Source: a virus
Length of the DNA: 64,000 nucleotides
Virus record (IMG/VR): IMGVR_UViG_3300045988_182866
Reading direction: 5' to 3' (one strand)
In this document: piece by piece, positions 17,910 to 27,379 of the stretch
How the letters are laid out: each line of letters opens with the position of its first letter
How positions within the stretch are numbered: position 1 is the stretch's first letter
Notes under the pieces: generated by a model
Seen by the model: only the letters and a program-made list of their open reading frames with translations
Databases searched by the model: none
Told to the model about the DNA's origin: nothing
Made by a program: the position numbers and the translations under genes

Positions 17910-19528
17910 TGGATTTTAAAAAATACTTTCCTTCTCAATATAAGCCTAATAAAAATCAGGAATATATTCTTGAAGAATTGAATAAAGCCTGGAATCTAGG
18001 AAAGAAATATATTATTATCAATGCTCCGACAGGTTCAGGTAAAAGTATAATTTCTAAAACAATTGCACAGTCTGCTCCCGATATTTCTGCAACTTATCGA
18101 GATTTTGTAGATTCGGGGGCAATTTATGATATAGAAGAGGATGATGTTCCAGATTCCCTTAAAGAAGGAACAGCTATTTTAACTGTTACCAAATCTCTTC
18201 AGGATCAATATAAAAAATTGTTTCCTGAAGATACTATGCTAAAAGGGAAATCAAACTATCCTTGTTCCATGGTTCCAACTCTTTCATCTGATTTGGGACC
18301 TTGTGTTTTTGAACCTGAGCAAAAGGAACTCTGCATTTCTTGTGGACAATGTGAATATTTCTTAAAAAGAGATGAGGCATTAAAGCATAAATGTTCTTTT
18401 TATTCTTATTCAATGTTTATGAGTCTTCCTCCGGCTTGCAGGGCTAAAAGGAATATTATTGCTGATGAATGTGCAGAATTAGAAGATTTATTGGTTCAAT
18501 CTTATACAGTTCCTTTTAATTTTAAGATTTTGAAAAAGCTTAATATTGAGATTCCTCCTACGCCAACTCAAGGTTCTAATTATGAAAAATATATTCTTTG
18601 GCTGAGGAGTGCGAAAGCTTCAATTTATTCTACTCTCGTAGAAAAAAGAAAAGAAATGAGAGGCAAGGACCTTAAGAAAATGAGTAAAGAAAAGAAACTT
18701 GTTTTCCGAGCCATTAATATTTTTAATGATTCTTGCGACAAGGTACTTGACATTATCGATAATAATGAATTTATTATTGAACATAATAAAGAAGAGTTAA
18801 TTTTTAAACCTTTTAAGGTTGATAAAATTGCCCAACGATTGTTTAAGCATTGTGATCTAGTGGTTCTTATGTCAGCTACTATTATTGATTATAAGAACTT
18901 TGCCAAGCAATTGGGAATTAAGGAGGACGAGTATTATTATATTGAATCGGCATCTACATTTGATCCTAAGAAAGCCCCAATTCATTTATCTAATTTTCTT
19001 TCTGTTTCTTATTCAAACAAAGCTTTAGTAATTCCCCAACTTTGCAAGATTGCTAAACAGATTTGTGAAAATTATAAAGGAAAGAAAGGTATTATTCATA
19101 CTCATACCTTTGAAATTACCGAAGCATTTAAAAAGGCAGTAGGCAATAATCCCCGTTTTCTTTTTAGAGAACCAGGAAAAACTAATGAATTTCTAATTAA
19201 TGAACATATTGAACGAAATGATGATACAATTCTTGTGTCTCCGTCAATGACTCATGGTGTTGACCTTTGTGGTGCCTTGGGAGAGTTTGCCGTTATTTTA
19301 AAAGCTCCATTTCTGCCATTGGGCGATGAACGAGTTAAACGATTAGCGCAAGATGATAAAGAATGGTACACTAATAAAATGCTAGGCGCTTGTATTCAAA
19401 TGTGCGGGCGCACTATTAGAAATGCTTCTGACGAGGCAGTAACTTATATTTTAGATGGAACATTAACTAAAAGCCTAATTCAAAATAAAGATAAACTTCC
19501 AAAATATTTCCTAGAAAGATTTGTATAA
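17909..19528 (+). CDS. SF2 helicase of XPD/Rad3/DinG type with a Cys-rich (putative Fe-S) insertion
   Basis: Walker A NAPTGSGKS. Cys cluster CSMVPTLSSDLGPCVFEPEQKELCISCGQCEYF between Walker A and the DEcA box (IIADECAELEDL). Motif III LMSAT. Confidence 0.55.
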   Translation: MDFKKYFPSQYKPNKNQEYILEELNKAWNLGKKYIIINAPTGSGKSIISKTIAQSAPDISATYRDFVDSGAIYDIEEDDVPDSLKEGTAILTVTKSLQDQYKKLFPEDTMLKGKSNYPCSMVPTLSSDLGPCVFEPEQKELCISCGQCEYFLKRDEALKHKCSFYSYSMFMSLPPACRAKRNIIADECAELEDLLVQSYTVPFNFKILKKLNIEIPPTPTQGSNYEKYILWLRSAKASIYSTLVEKRKEMRGKDLKKMSKEKKLVFRAINIFNDSCDKVLDIIDNNEFIIEHNKEELIFKPFKVDKIAQRLFKHCDLVVLMSATIIDYKNFAKQLGIKEDEYYYIESASTFDPKKAPIHLSNFLSVSYSNKALVIPQLCKIAKQICENYKGKKGIIHTHTFEITEAFKKAVGNNPRFLFREPGKTNEFLINEHIERNDDTILVSPSMTHGVDLCGALGEFAVILKAPFLPLGDERVKRLAQDDKEWYTNKMLGACIQMCGRTIRNASDEAVTYILDGTLTKSLIQNKDKLPKYFLERFV

Positions 19529-19530
19529 AA

Positions 19531-19782
19531 ATGAAAAGAGATTATAACGAAAAATGTTTAGAAGCGTTGGAATTGGTCTATACAAAGTATGGAATTGATA
19601 TGAATAACGCACCGGCTGAAAAGATGATTGATGCAATTACTTCTGAATTGGGTTGTTCAATAGGTTATCATATCATGTCTACTAAAGATGCGAAGCCAAT
19701 TGATGAAAAAGAATTAGTACTTAATGCTCTAGAAGATGATTATCTCAATGAAATTGGATTGAAGAATATTCTTTTAGCCTAA
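19531..19782 (+). CDS. Hypothetical protein
   Basis: ORF track. Confidence 0.4.
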   Translation: MKRDYNEKCLEALELVYTKYGIDMNNAPAEKMIDAITSELGCSIGYHIMSTKDAKPIDEKELVLNALEDDYLNEIGLKNILLA

Positions 19783-20309
19783 TGAAGATCTTTTACACTG
19801 GAGTTGGGAATAGAGATACTCCTCATGAGTATCTTGAAAAGATGACAGCCCTGGCTTCTTTATTAGAAAAAGAAGGCTGTATTCTCAGAAGCGGAGGAGC
19901 GGAAGGAGCTGATACCGCTTTTGAAAATGGTGTAAGATCTCTTTACAATAAAGAGATTTATCTTCCATGGACTTTTTTCAATAATAAAGTCCATGGATAT
20001 GTTACACCTTTAGATTTAATAAATTGTATTGATGAAATTCTTAGTAGAGTTCATCCCAATTTCAGTAATCTTCGAGAAAGCACATTAAAGCTTCATCGAA
20101 GAAATGTTCTTCAGATTTTAGGGCAGGATTTAGTGACTCCTTCTCATTTTGTTTTATGTTATACCCGGGACGGAGCTGAAACTTTTACTTCTTTTGAAAC
20201 TGGAGGAACTGGAACTGTTATAAGATTGGCAAATCATTATAATATACCTGTTTTTAATTTAAGAAATAAAAACTGGGCTGATCGATTTAAAGAATTTATG
20301 AAAGGCTAG
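19782..20309 (+). CDS. SLOG-superfamily (DprA/LOG/YpsA-like) Rossmann-fold nucleotide-binding protein
   Basis: ILRSGGAEGADTAFENG matches the SLOG/DprA signature GGAxGADxxA. Confidence 0.4.
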   Translation: MKIFYTGVGNRDTPHEYLEKMTALASLLEKEGCILRSGGAEGADTAFENGVRSLYNKEIYLPWTFFNNKVHGYVTPLDLINCIDEILSRVHPNFSNLRESTLKLHRRNVLQILGQDLVTPSHFVLCYTRDGAETFTSFETGGTGTVIRLANHYNIPVFNLRNKNWADRFKEFMKG

Positions 20310-20318
20310 TCATTAAAG

Positions 20319-21428
20319 TTGACTAGTCTTTTTCATTTTAAATACTTGACAATGTTGGACCAGCAATATAATTCTGAAATTGAAATTCTTTTAGCCCAAT
20401 TCCTTAGTGCTTTTGATGATTGTGTAATTAGAAGAGGCAAGGATGAAAATGGAAAAGAAAAATATATTGTTCCACGTTATCTTATCGGAAATAAAACACG
20501 GGTTTTTACCGACATTGTAAATGCCGCTGGTAATATTACCTTACCGGTTGTAGTTGGAGAGGTCCAGTCAATTGCTTTCGACAGTACAAGATCTTTTAAT
20601 AAGCAGCTACAGCCAAGAACATATATGTCTCCTAAGGAGATAAGATATAAACAGCCTACTCCTATTAAAATCAATCTTAGCGTAAATTTTTATACAAAAT
20701 TCTTCGGAGATATTTGGCAAATGTTTACTAATTTTGCTGCATTTACTAATCCCTATTTTTTTATATCCTGGCAGACTCCTCAGGAATTACAGACTGGCTC
20801 TCAAGAAATAAGATGTCAAGCTTTATGGGGCGGTAATTTTGTAATTGATTACCCTCGAACAGCCGAAGAAAATCAAAATTGGCTTATTCATGGAACATCC
20901 GAATTTACTATTGAAGGATGGATTTTCAACAGGCCTTCTCAAAAATTCGGAGTTATTACTTCGGTAGAGAACGAAATGGCTTATAATACAAATGTAGCTA
21001 AAATTGGAGAAAAAGGAATAGAATATTTTAATAAAGATGGATGGCCTTCCATTACTAATGTAATTGTCGATAATATTCGGTTGAGAAAAGGAATTGAAAA
21101 TTATATTTCGATTGAATCTGAAAAAACTTTAATAATTGAAGGGCGGTCTTTTTTCGCCAATCAATGCACAGGACTCTTAGTTAAACCAGTTGATCCTATT
21201 GATTTAGAGCCAGAAGGACTGACCCCTGTTACCATTGATACAATTAAGATGGGAGAAGTTTCTGGATTTGCAATTACTGAAGAAATAATCTCAATGAGTG
21301 AAAATCTTATTAAATTTAAACTGCCTAAAAGTTTAGTTACAGGAACTATATTTGACATTTATGTTTTTAATAATGCCGGATTTACTTCTATCTCAAAAGA
21401 AAAAGGATTCTTTATTAAGATTGTTTAA
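20319..21428 (+). CDS. Hypothetical protein, likely virion structural (immediately upstream of portal)
   Basis: ORF track and position only. Confidence 0.4.
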   Translation: MTSLFHFKYLTMLDQQYNSEIEILLAQFLSAFDDCVIRRGKDENGKEKYIVPRYLIGNKTRVFTDIVNAAGNITLPVVVGEVQSIAFDSTRSFNKQLQPRTYMSPKEIRYKQPTPIKINLSVNFYTKFFGDIWQMFTNFAAFTNPYFFISWQTPQELQTGSQEIRCQALWGGNFVIDYPRTAEENQNWLIHGTSEFTIEGWIFNRPSQKFGVITSVENEMAYNTNVAKIGEKGIEYFNKDGWPSITNVIVDNIRLRKGIENYISIESEKTLIIEGRSFFANQCTGLLVKPVDPIDLEPEGLTPVTIDTIKMGEVSGFAITEEIISMSENLIKFKLPKSLVTGTIFDIYVFNNAGFTSISKEKGFFIKIV

Positions 21429-21543
21429 ATTCCACACTTAAACATTTTAAGAATATTTTAAAATAAAATGAAAGTATTTTAAATGGCAGCAAACTAAAGA
21501 TTTAATAAAGACTTATTTTAAAGGACTTTAAATATAGAAAATT

Positions 21544-23352
21544 ATGGCAGAGACCAAAAAGAGATTTAAAACTAATCTTGGTAAAGCATTGTCCAAGCTT
21601 AGCCAGAATTCAAGAGTTCTTGGTAACTTTATTGAACTCGATACGGCGGGAGCGAATCCAAAATATGAATTATTTTACAATACAGGAATCCGCCGCAGGG
21701 AAGGGTTAGCTAATAATGCAGTCTCTGTCACTTATGATAAGCCTGATGAAAAATTTGCCCAGGGAGTTTTCGGGCGTTATCCATACGGTTCAATTTATTA
21801 TTCGACGCTTAACGACAACAAAAGCGCAAGACTCTATGAGTACAGAATGATGGCGCAGTACTCAGAAATTTTAAATGCTTTGGAGCATATTACTAATGAG
21901 TTTATTACGGTTGATGACCGGGGACGTGTCGCTACAATGAGGTATTCCAAGCCTAATGCTGACGTAGTAGAGGAATCAACTCTTTTGGATGAATTTGATT
22001 ATTTTCAAAAACTTTTCAATTTTGAAGAAAAAGGGTCTTCTTATTGTTGGCGTTATCTTGTCGAGGGAGAAGTTTTTCTGGAACTTATTGTAAATGATGC
22101 AAAACCTGAAAATTTAAAGGAAGGAATTTTAGGAGTAATTGATATTTCGGCAGATCTTGTAGATACGATTTGGAAGTCAAAGGCTGCCCGAGTTATTGAT
22201 TCCTTCATAGGAAGAAAGCCGATTTATGACCCGAATGACGGCAATAAGATTCAAAAGATTGAATTAGTGCCTTATCAAGCTAATCAGCTTTTTTATGTTT
22301 ATTCCGGACAATGGGATGCTGACGGAGAATATATGGTTCCTTTTATTGAACGTGCAAGAAGGAGATATATCCAGCTTTCTTACATTGAAGATGCTATTGT
22401 AATTTATCGTTTGGTACGTGCTCCTGAACGATTAGTCTTTACAATTCCAACAGGAAACATGACTCCATCTGCTGCTGAGCGTTATCTTAAAACGCTCATG
22501 GATAATTATTGGAAATCCAAAGTTATGGATATTAATACTGGGGATATTAGCCAACGCTATAATCCTCAAGCCATGACTGATGCTTACTATTTTGCTAAGC
22601 CTATGAATGGTGAAGCAATTAGTGTTACATCGTTAAAGGGCGGGGATAATCTTGGGGAAATTAAAGACTTGGATTTCTTCTTAAAAGCTCTTTATCGAGA
22701 TTTAAAAGTTCCTTCTTCTTATCTTAATTTTTCCGAAAAAGCAGTTAATTCTGATCCTAGCCAGATCTTGGTAGAAGAATTGCGGTTTGCTGATTTTATT
22801 ACTGATATTCAACGTTCATTTGCTTATGCTTTAAAACAAGCCTTTATTACTCATCTTAAGTTTAAAGGTTTATGGCAACGTTATCATCTTCATGAAAATC
22901 ATATAGATATTAAGTTTAACCAGCCTGGTTCTTATTATCTCATGAGAGAGCTTCAAATTGCTCAAATGAGAAATGACATCTTTAATGCCGTTTCTTCTAA
23001 TGAAATTATTTCTAAGATTTATGCCCTTAAGAAATATTTTGACTGGTCGGATAAGGAAATTCTTGCTAATATTGCATTCCTTAAGACTGAGGCGGCTTTG
23101 CTTTGGGAAATTGAACAGCGTCGTCAATATGGCCCTACTTGGAAAAATATGATTACAGGTGAAGGTGGAGAACAACCCGGCGGAGGAATGGGTGGAGAAG
23201 GGTTACCTAGTGAAGGTATGAATCTTGGGGGAGGTTCTCCAGAAGGTGAAATGGGAGGTTCTGAAAATCCGCCCGAATTTGGAGGCGGACCAGCGGCGAC
23301 TAGTGAAATAGGAGCTCCAGAGGAAGGAGCCGGAGATATTCAACCCGTTTAA
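21544..23352 (+). CDS. Portal vertex protein, T4 gp20 homologue, with a Gly-rich acidic C-terminal tail
   Basis: IEDAIVIYRLVRAPERLVFTIPTGNMTPSAAERYL...MTDAYYFAKPMNGEAISVTSLKGGDNLGEIKDLDFFLKALYRDLKVP aligns with T4 gp20 [35 protein letters not shown]...[47 protein letters not shown]. Confidence 0.85.
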   Translation: MAETKKRFKTNLGKALSKLSQNSRVLGNFIELDTAGANPKYELFYNTGIRRREGLANNAVSVTYDKPDEKFAQGVFGRYPYGSIYYSTLNDNKSARLYEYRMMAQYSEILNALEHITNEFITVDDRGRVATMRYSKPNADVVEESTLLDEFDYFQKLFNFEEKGSSYCWRYLVEGEVFLELIVNDAKPENLKEGILGVIDISADLVDTIWKSKAARVIDSFIGRKPIYDPNDGNKIQKIELVPYQANQLFYVYSGQWDADGEYMVPFIERARRRYIQLSYIEDAIVIYRLVRAPERLVFTIPTGNMTPSAAERYLKTLMDNYWKSKVMDINTGDISQRYNPQAMTDAYYFAKPMNGEAISVTSLKGGDNLGEIKDLDFFLKALYRDLKVPSSYLNFSEKAVNSDPSQILVEELRFADFITDIQRSFAYALKQAFITHLKFKGLWQRYHLHENHIDIKFNQPGSYYLMRELQIAQMRNDIFNAVSSNEIISKIYALKKYFDWSDKEILANIAFLKTEAALLWEIEQRRQYGPTWKNMITGEGGEQPGGGMGGEGLPSEGMNLGGGSPEGEMGGSENPPEFGGGPAATSEIGAPEEGAGDIQPV

Positions 23353-23362
23353 TGTAATTTAT

Positions 23363-23575
23363 ATGAAAACAAACTCACTTCCCCAACAATATAAATCCGA
23401 ACCATTAAAACACATAAAGGAAGACGATGATTCGATTTATAAATTTTATCAACAATCATATCTTTTGAAAGATCCACAGTTTGTAGAAGCTATAAAAAAG
23501 AGTCCAGAATATTTAGATCTTGTTGAGTCAGTAGAAAATTTTTTGACTGAATTAAGAAATCACAATCACAAATAA
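23363..23575 (+). CDS. Hypothetical small protein (70 aa)
   Basis: ORF track. Confidence 0.35.
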   Translation: MKTNSLPQQYKSEPLKHIKEDDDSIYKFYQQSYLLKDPQFVEAIKKSPEYLDLVESVENFLTELRNHNHK

Positions 23576-23865
23576 GTATTTTTAATAGCTTTCCCCAAAT
23601 CACTATTTTCCTCAATTCTTAACATTTGTATATCTTTTACTGACTCACTAAACCAAGTCAATTGTTTTGCTAATTTTTGAACTGCCAAAACGCATGATAC
23701 TGCATTTATCTTATCTTTATCTCCAAAATATACTGATTCCTGTTGCCTTTTAAAACCTTCTTTTACTAATACTTTTTCAATATCTTTATAAGCATTATTC
23801 CATGAAGTATTATAATACAAAGCTTTCAATTTATCTGTATCTAAATCAAACACAATCGCATACAT
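23566..23865 (-). CDS. vapD: VapD-family (Cas2-like) endoribonuclease. The likely start is Met7 of the tracked ORF (MYAIVFDL); the alternative start is 23883.
   Basis: MYAIVFDLDTDKLKALYYNTSWNNAYKDIEKVLVKEGFKRQQESVYFGD...AVQKLAKQLTWFSESVKDIQMLRIEENSDL matches VapD (MYAIAFDLKI...GFEWTQGSVYV...AMKHLAKQSWFAESIRDIRAFEL.DWSDL). Confidence 0.75.
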   Translation of the reverse strand: MYAIVFDLDTDKLKALYYNTSWNNAYKDIEKVLVKEGFKRQQESVYFGDKDKINAVSCVLAVQKLAKQLTWFSESVKDIQMLRIEENSDLGKAIKNTYL

Positions 23866-23888
23866 ACGTTCATTATTAGACATGCAAT

Positions 23889-23896
23889 TATTTATA
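23889..23896 (-). promoter_or_regulatory. TATAAATA box (T4 late-promoter consensus) 23 nt upstream of the proposed vapD start
   Basis: Minus-strand TATAAATA. gp55 is encoded in this window. This is a single occurrence and is not validated. Confidence 0.25.
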
Positions 23897-23951
23897 ATAT
23901 ATTGTCTATTAATTTGTTATTGTAAATGAAACGTCAAGCTTGTGTAAAGTT

Positions 23952-24767
23952 TCACTCAATATCATACTGAATTCCACCATTGTTTAAAGCATTTTGAAGG
24001 TCATTTTCTACACTACAGTTATTAAATTTAACATAACTTAAACGGTTGGCTTTCTGAGTAAGAAAATCTGTGTTAGAAGTATTCAATACGGTATGATCTC
24101 CATTAATAATCAAAGTCTGGATAACATTATTGGAAAGATTAATATTTTGAATTTGCGAATTTAAATTTATTTCAAAGGTTCCTGTGATTAATGAATCTCT
24201 TATATCAAGATAAGTAAATCTCATTTCTGGGGCTAAATTCAAATAACAAAGATTTGTTTCATAGACAGTTAATTCTGGACAAGAAGGAAGATTCAATTCT
24301 AAAGAAGTAATATTTTGATTTCTGGAAGTAAAACTCTTGATTAAATCTTTATTCTGAATAATCATACCGCTTGAATCAAGGGCAACAGGAGAAAATATTA
24401 AAGAATTAATTGCCTGATTTCCTTCATAAATTGTAAATTGTGCATTAATATCTTCTTCGGTTGAATTAATGTCAAGGTATCTAAAAACTTTATTATTTGT
24501 TTCTACATAAAGCTTTCTTGTTTCTGTTTCGGCAACTTGGTTAATATGATAACCAAAAGATACTGTATTAATATCTGGTAATAAAGTTAAAGCAATACAG
24601 TCGGGAGATAATGTATTTTTATATTGAACAAACCTGGCTGTTTGGTTAAGATCCGATAATTCTCCATTATCTGATAATCCAGGTAAAAAAACTTGATTAT
24701 CATTAGGAAGTAAATTTTCTAATGATGATGAAGTAATTTGGGAAAGTTTAATATAGCTATCGGACAT
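23952..24767 (-). CDS. Leucine-rich-repeat-like protein (271 aa)
   Basis: Repeated L..L.L..N.I patterns (LELNLPSCPELTVYETNLCYLNL; INLSNNVIQTLIINGDHTVL). Its start overlaps the upstream gene end by 11 nt. Confidence 0.45.
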   Translation of the reverse strand: MSDSYIKLSQITSSSLENLLPNDNQVFLPGLSDNGELSDLNQTARFVQYKNTLSPDCIALTLLPDINTVSFGYHINQVAETETRKLYVETNNKVFRYLDINSTEEDINAQFTIYEGNQAINSLIFSPVALDSSGMIIQNKDLIKSFTSRNQNITSLELNLPSCPELTVYETNLCYLNLAPEMRFTYLDIRDSLITGTFEINLNSQIQNINLSNNVIQTLIINGDHTVLNTSNTDFLTQKANRLSYVKFNNCSVENDLQNALNNGGIQYDIE

Positions 24768-25521
24768 TGATCGGAATAATATTTTTATCTGCTGCTATTT
24801 GAAGTTCGTTTTCTGTGAACTGTTCATTAAGGTAATTCACCATATAAAATGGAGTAGGGACATTATAAGGACTTAATGAAGAAATAAACGGAGTAATATT
24901 ACTCATATTATTACTCATAATTCTTCCATGGGTAAAATTACTTAAAATATAATATTTTTTATGAAGTTTAGAATATCCTAGAATAATTTTAATAGAATTG
25001 CCTTCATCTACATTTAAAGTATTAAAATTATGAAGATTTCTAATATCTAAAATATCAGTATCAATCGTATTTGGTCCATTAAAATAAATTGTTCTTATTG
25101 TCGGGCAAGCTGAAAGGTCTAATTTACCAACCGTTCCGGTATAAATGAATAATGAAACGGGAGAGCCTTCTTTACATGTAATATAGCAGCTTTTATCAAA
25201 AGCTAAATCAAAATTTACCGGAATAGTCCCGGTAATGGGACTATATGATGTACTTACTTCAGAATAAGGATATTGTATTATTGTTGTCTTAGTACCTCCA
25301 GCCGAATCATCATAGCAACTTATTGTTCCGTTAGATGTCCATTTACTCCAAATAAAACGTCCTTTGGGAAAGACCATAGTAGTTGGCTTAAGCATATCAC
25401 CTAATTCTTCTATTAAGAGAGAAGCTTTAATAGAAGATTCATCTTGTAAAATCAATATTGGACTTTTCAATCCAAGAGATTTACATTTCTCTAAATCACT
25501 AAATTGTACAATATTAGACAT
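24757..25521 (-). CDS. Leucine-rich-repeat-like protein (254 aa)
   Basis: LDLSACPTIRTIYFNGPNTIDTDILDIRNLHNFNTLNV. Its start codon overlaps the stop of the 618-aa gene. Confidence 0.45.
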   Translation of the reverse strand: MSNIVQFSDLEKCKSLGLKSPILILQDESSIKASLLIEELGDMLKPTTMVFPKGRFIWSKWTSNGTISCYDDSAGGTKTTIIQYPYSEVSTSYSPITGTIPVNFDLAFDKSCYITCKEGSPVSLFIYTGTVGKLDLSACPTIRTIYFNGPNTIDTDILDIRNLHNFNTLNVDEGNSIKIILGYSKLHKKYYILSNFTHGRIMSNNMSNITPFISSLSPYNVPTPFYMVNYLNEQFTENELQIAADKNIIPINVR

Positions 25522-27377
25522 TATAGATAGAAAAGCCAGTTATAAGTTTTAAGAGTATCTAAAGTTTTGGCAATGGCTTTAGAAGAACCCTGAATACCGC
25601 CTGAAGTATATTTTTTACCGTACATGTATATAATTCCAGCTTCTTTCCCGAATCTATTCGGAAGAAGATTAAGAAATTTTTCCAAATTTGCCTTATTTGT
25701 TAAAAGATTGGTTTCTGAAATATTAATATACTGCAAGTCATTTTGAACATTAATAACTCCTTCTCCAAATGTATCGGGATTTTTTAACTTAATTCCAGTA
25801 ATATCAAGGCTTGTTAATGTCAGCTGGTCAAAAACTAATTCCAGATCAACTTTAGAAGTATTAAGGTCAGATAAATCAATTCTACTAATTTTGGTATTTG
25901 AGATATTAAGATATTCTAATTTAGAATCAGTGCCTTTGGGAAGAATTAATCTAGTGAGCTGGGAACAATTAGAAACATTAATACTAGTAAGATTGGAATT
26001 TGCTGATAAATCCAATTCTTGAATAGGATTGTCACTTAAATCTAATATTTGAAGATTGGAACAACTTTTTAAGTTAATTCGAGCTATTTTTTTACCTGGA
26101 TTTTCAAAAGAAGTGATACTGCCTTTATCTCCGGAAATTTTTAATGTTTTATTTTTCTTTTGGAAATAGTCAAAATTAAAAGTTTCATCTGCCGGAAACC
26201 ATTCTTTGTCAAAAGTAATTTTTCCAGAACTTAAATCAATTTGATTTTGTCGATTATTAAAGAACCAATCAATATTAACATTTCCTGTTCCTCCAATATT
26301 ATAAGAATAATTATCAAAACAATAATTAACTAAATCAACAGAAGACTGGAAAATAACTCCGTTCAGAGTATACCTATACTCTGAACGGATGAATGCTTTA
26401 AAATTAAAATCCCTAACAACAATAGTCCCTACACCTGGCGTTGAGTAACATCCCCATTCCGGAGCATTTTTATATGTAGCAGCATCGGTAGAAGCTATAA
26501 AATTTTCACGAATAATATTCCAATCTCCGGTTGTTTCATCTAAGATATATAATCTGCCGATGATGCCATCATCGGCAGAAGGAGCATATTCAAATTTGAA
26601 TTTTTTAAAAGATAATCCATCCCAGCCTTCTACAGGAGCACAATTAGCTAAAGGCTCGCTAACTGAATTACCTATATAAACCATCCAGGTATCTGTAGCT
26701 GAATCATAGATATTTCTAAAATTCACAACAAATCTAAATTGAAGATTTGGTTTATTATTATCATAAGCTCCAAATGAAATGAAAGAGTGCTGGTTAGGTC
26801 TATTTTTAAAGAAGTTCCTATCAATGACATTGATAGGAGTAAAATTATATGGCGAAGGCCTCTGAATCTTCATTGGAGGAAGAGCTACAGTAAATGTAGA
26901 TTCTCCAATGCCTGTACTTTTAATTTGTTCTTGTTGCTCATTGGTTAATTGTTTGTAATAATAAGCAATTGTGCCTGTTGACGTATCATTAATCCAAACA
27001 CCTTCTTCATTTAAAAGAGGGGCAGTTTGTTCATCTGGCGTACCAATATTACAATTTGCATAAAGTGAACCATACCTTGACCATTTTCCATTTTCTTCTA
27101 GCATGGGGTCAGGATTTTCCGGATTCCATGTATAATTCCCAAATGTATAAAATCCGCCTGGAATTAATTCCAGTCTTTGAATATCATCCAATTCAAAGGA
27201 AAGAAAATCTTGCTGATTATCTAGAGTATGAGTAAAACCTTTACATGCGTCAACTAATGTATTAAAATCAGCCCTTTTGCTAATAAAATTATCATTAATT
27301 AAAACATTGTTGCTCATAAAAGGTCGATAGTATTTAAATGGAAAAAGAGAACTGAGAATTAAGATTTTAAATATCAA
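25521..27377 (-). CDS. Large protein (618 aa) with a C-terminal leucine-rich-repeat region
   Basis: INLKSCSNLQILDLSDNPIQELDLSANSNLTSINVSNCSQLTRLILP...LEYLNISNTKISRIDLSDLN are canonical LxxLxLxxN LRR units. Confidence 0.5.
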   Translation of the reverse strand: MIFKILILSSLFPFKYYRPFMSNNVLINDNFISKRADFNTLVDACKGFTHTLDNQQDFLSFELDDIQRLELIPGGFYTFGNYTWNPENPDPMLEENGKWSRYGSLYANCNIGTPDEQTAPLLNEEGVWINDTSTGTIAYYYKQLTNEQQEQIKSTGIGESTFTVALPPMKIQRPSPYNFTPINVIDRNFFKNRPNQHSFISFGAYDNNKPNLQFRFVVNFRNIYDSATDTWMVYIGNSVSEPLANCAPVEGWDGLSFKKFKFEYAPSADDGIIGRLYILDETTGDWNIIRENFIASTDAATYKNAPEWGCYSTPGVGTIVVRDFNFKAFIRSEYRYTLNGVIFQSSVDLVNYCFDNYSYNIGGTGNVNIDWFFNNRQNQIDLSSGKITFDKEWFPADETFNFDYFQKKNKTLKISGDKGSITSFENPGKKIARINLKSCSNLQILDLSDNPIQELDLSANSNLTSINVSNCSQLTRLILPKGTDSKLEYLNISNTKISRIDLSDLNTSKVDLELVFDQLTLTSLDITGIKLKNPDTFGEGVINVQNDLQYINISETNLLTNKANLEKFLNLLPNRFGKEAGIIYMYGKKYTSGGIQGSSKAIAKTLDTLKTYNWLFYL

Positions 27378-27379
27378 AA

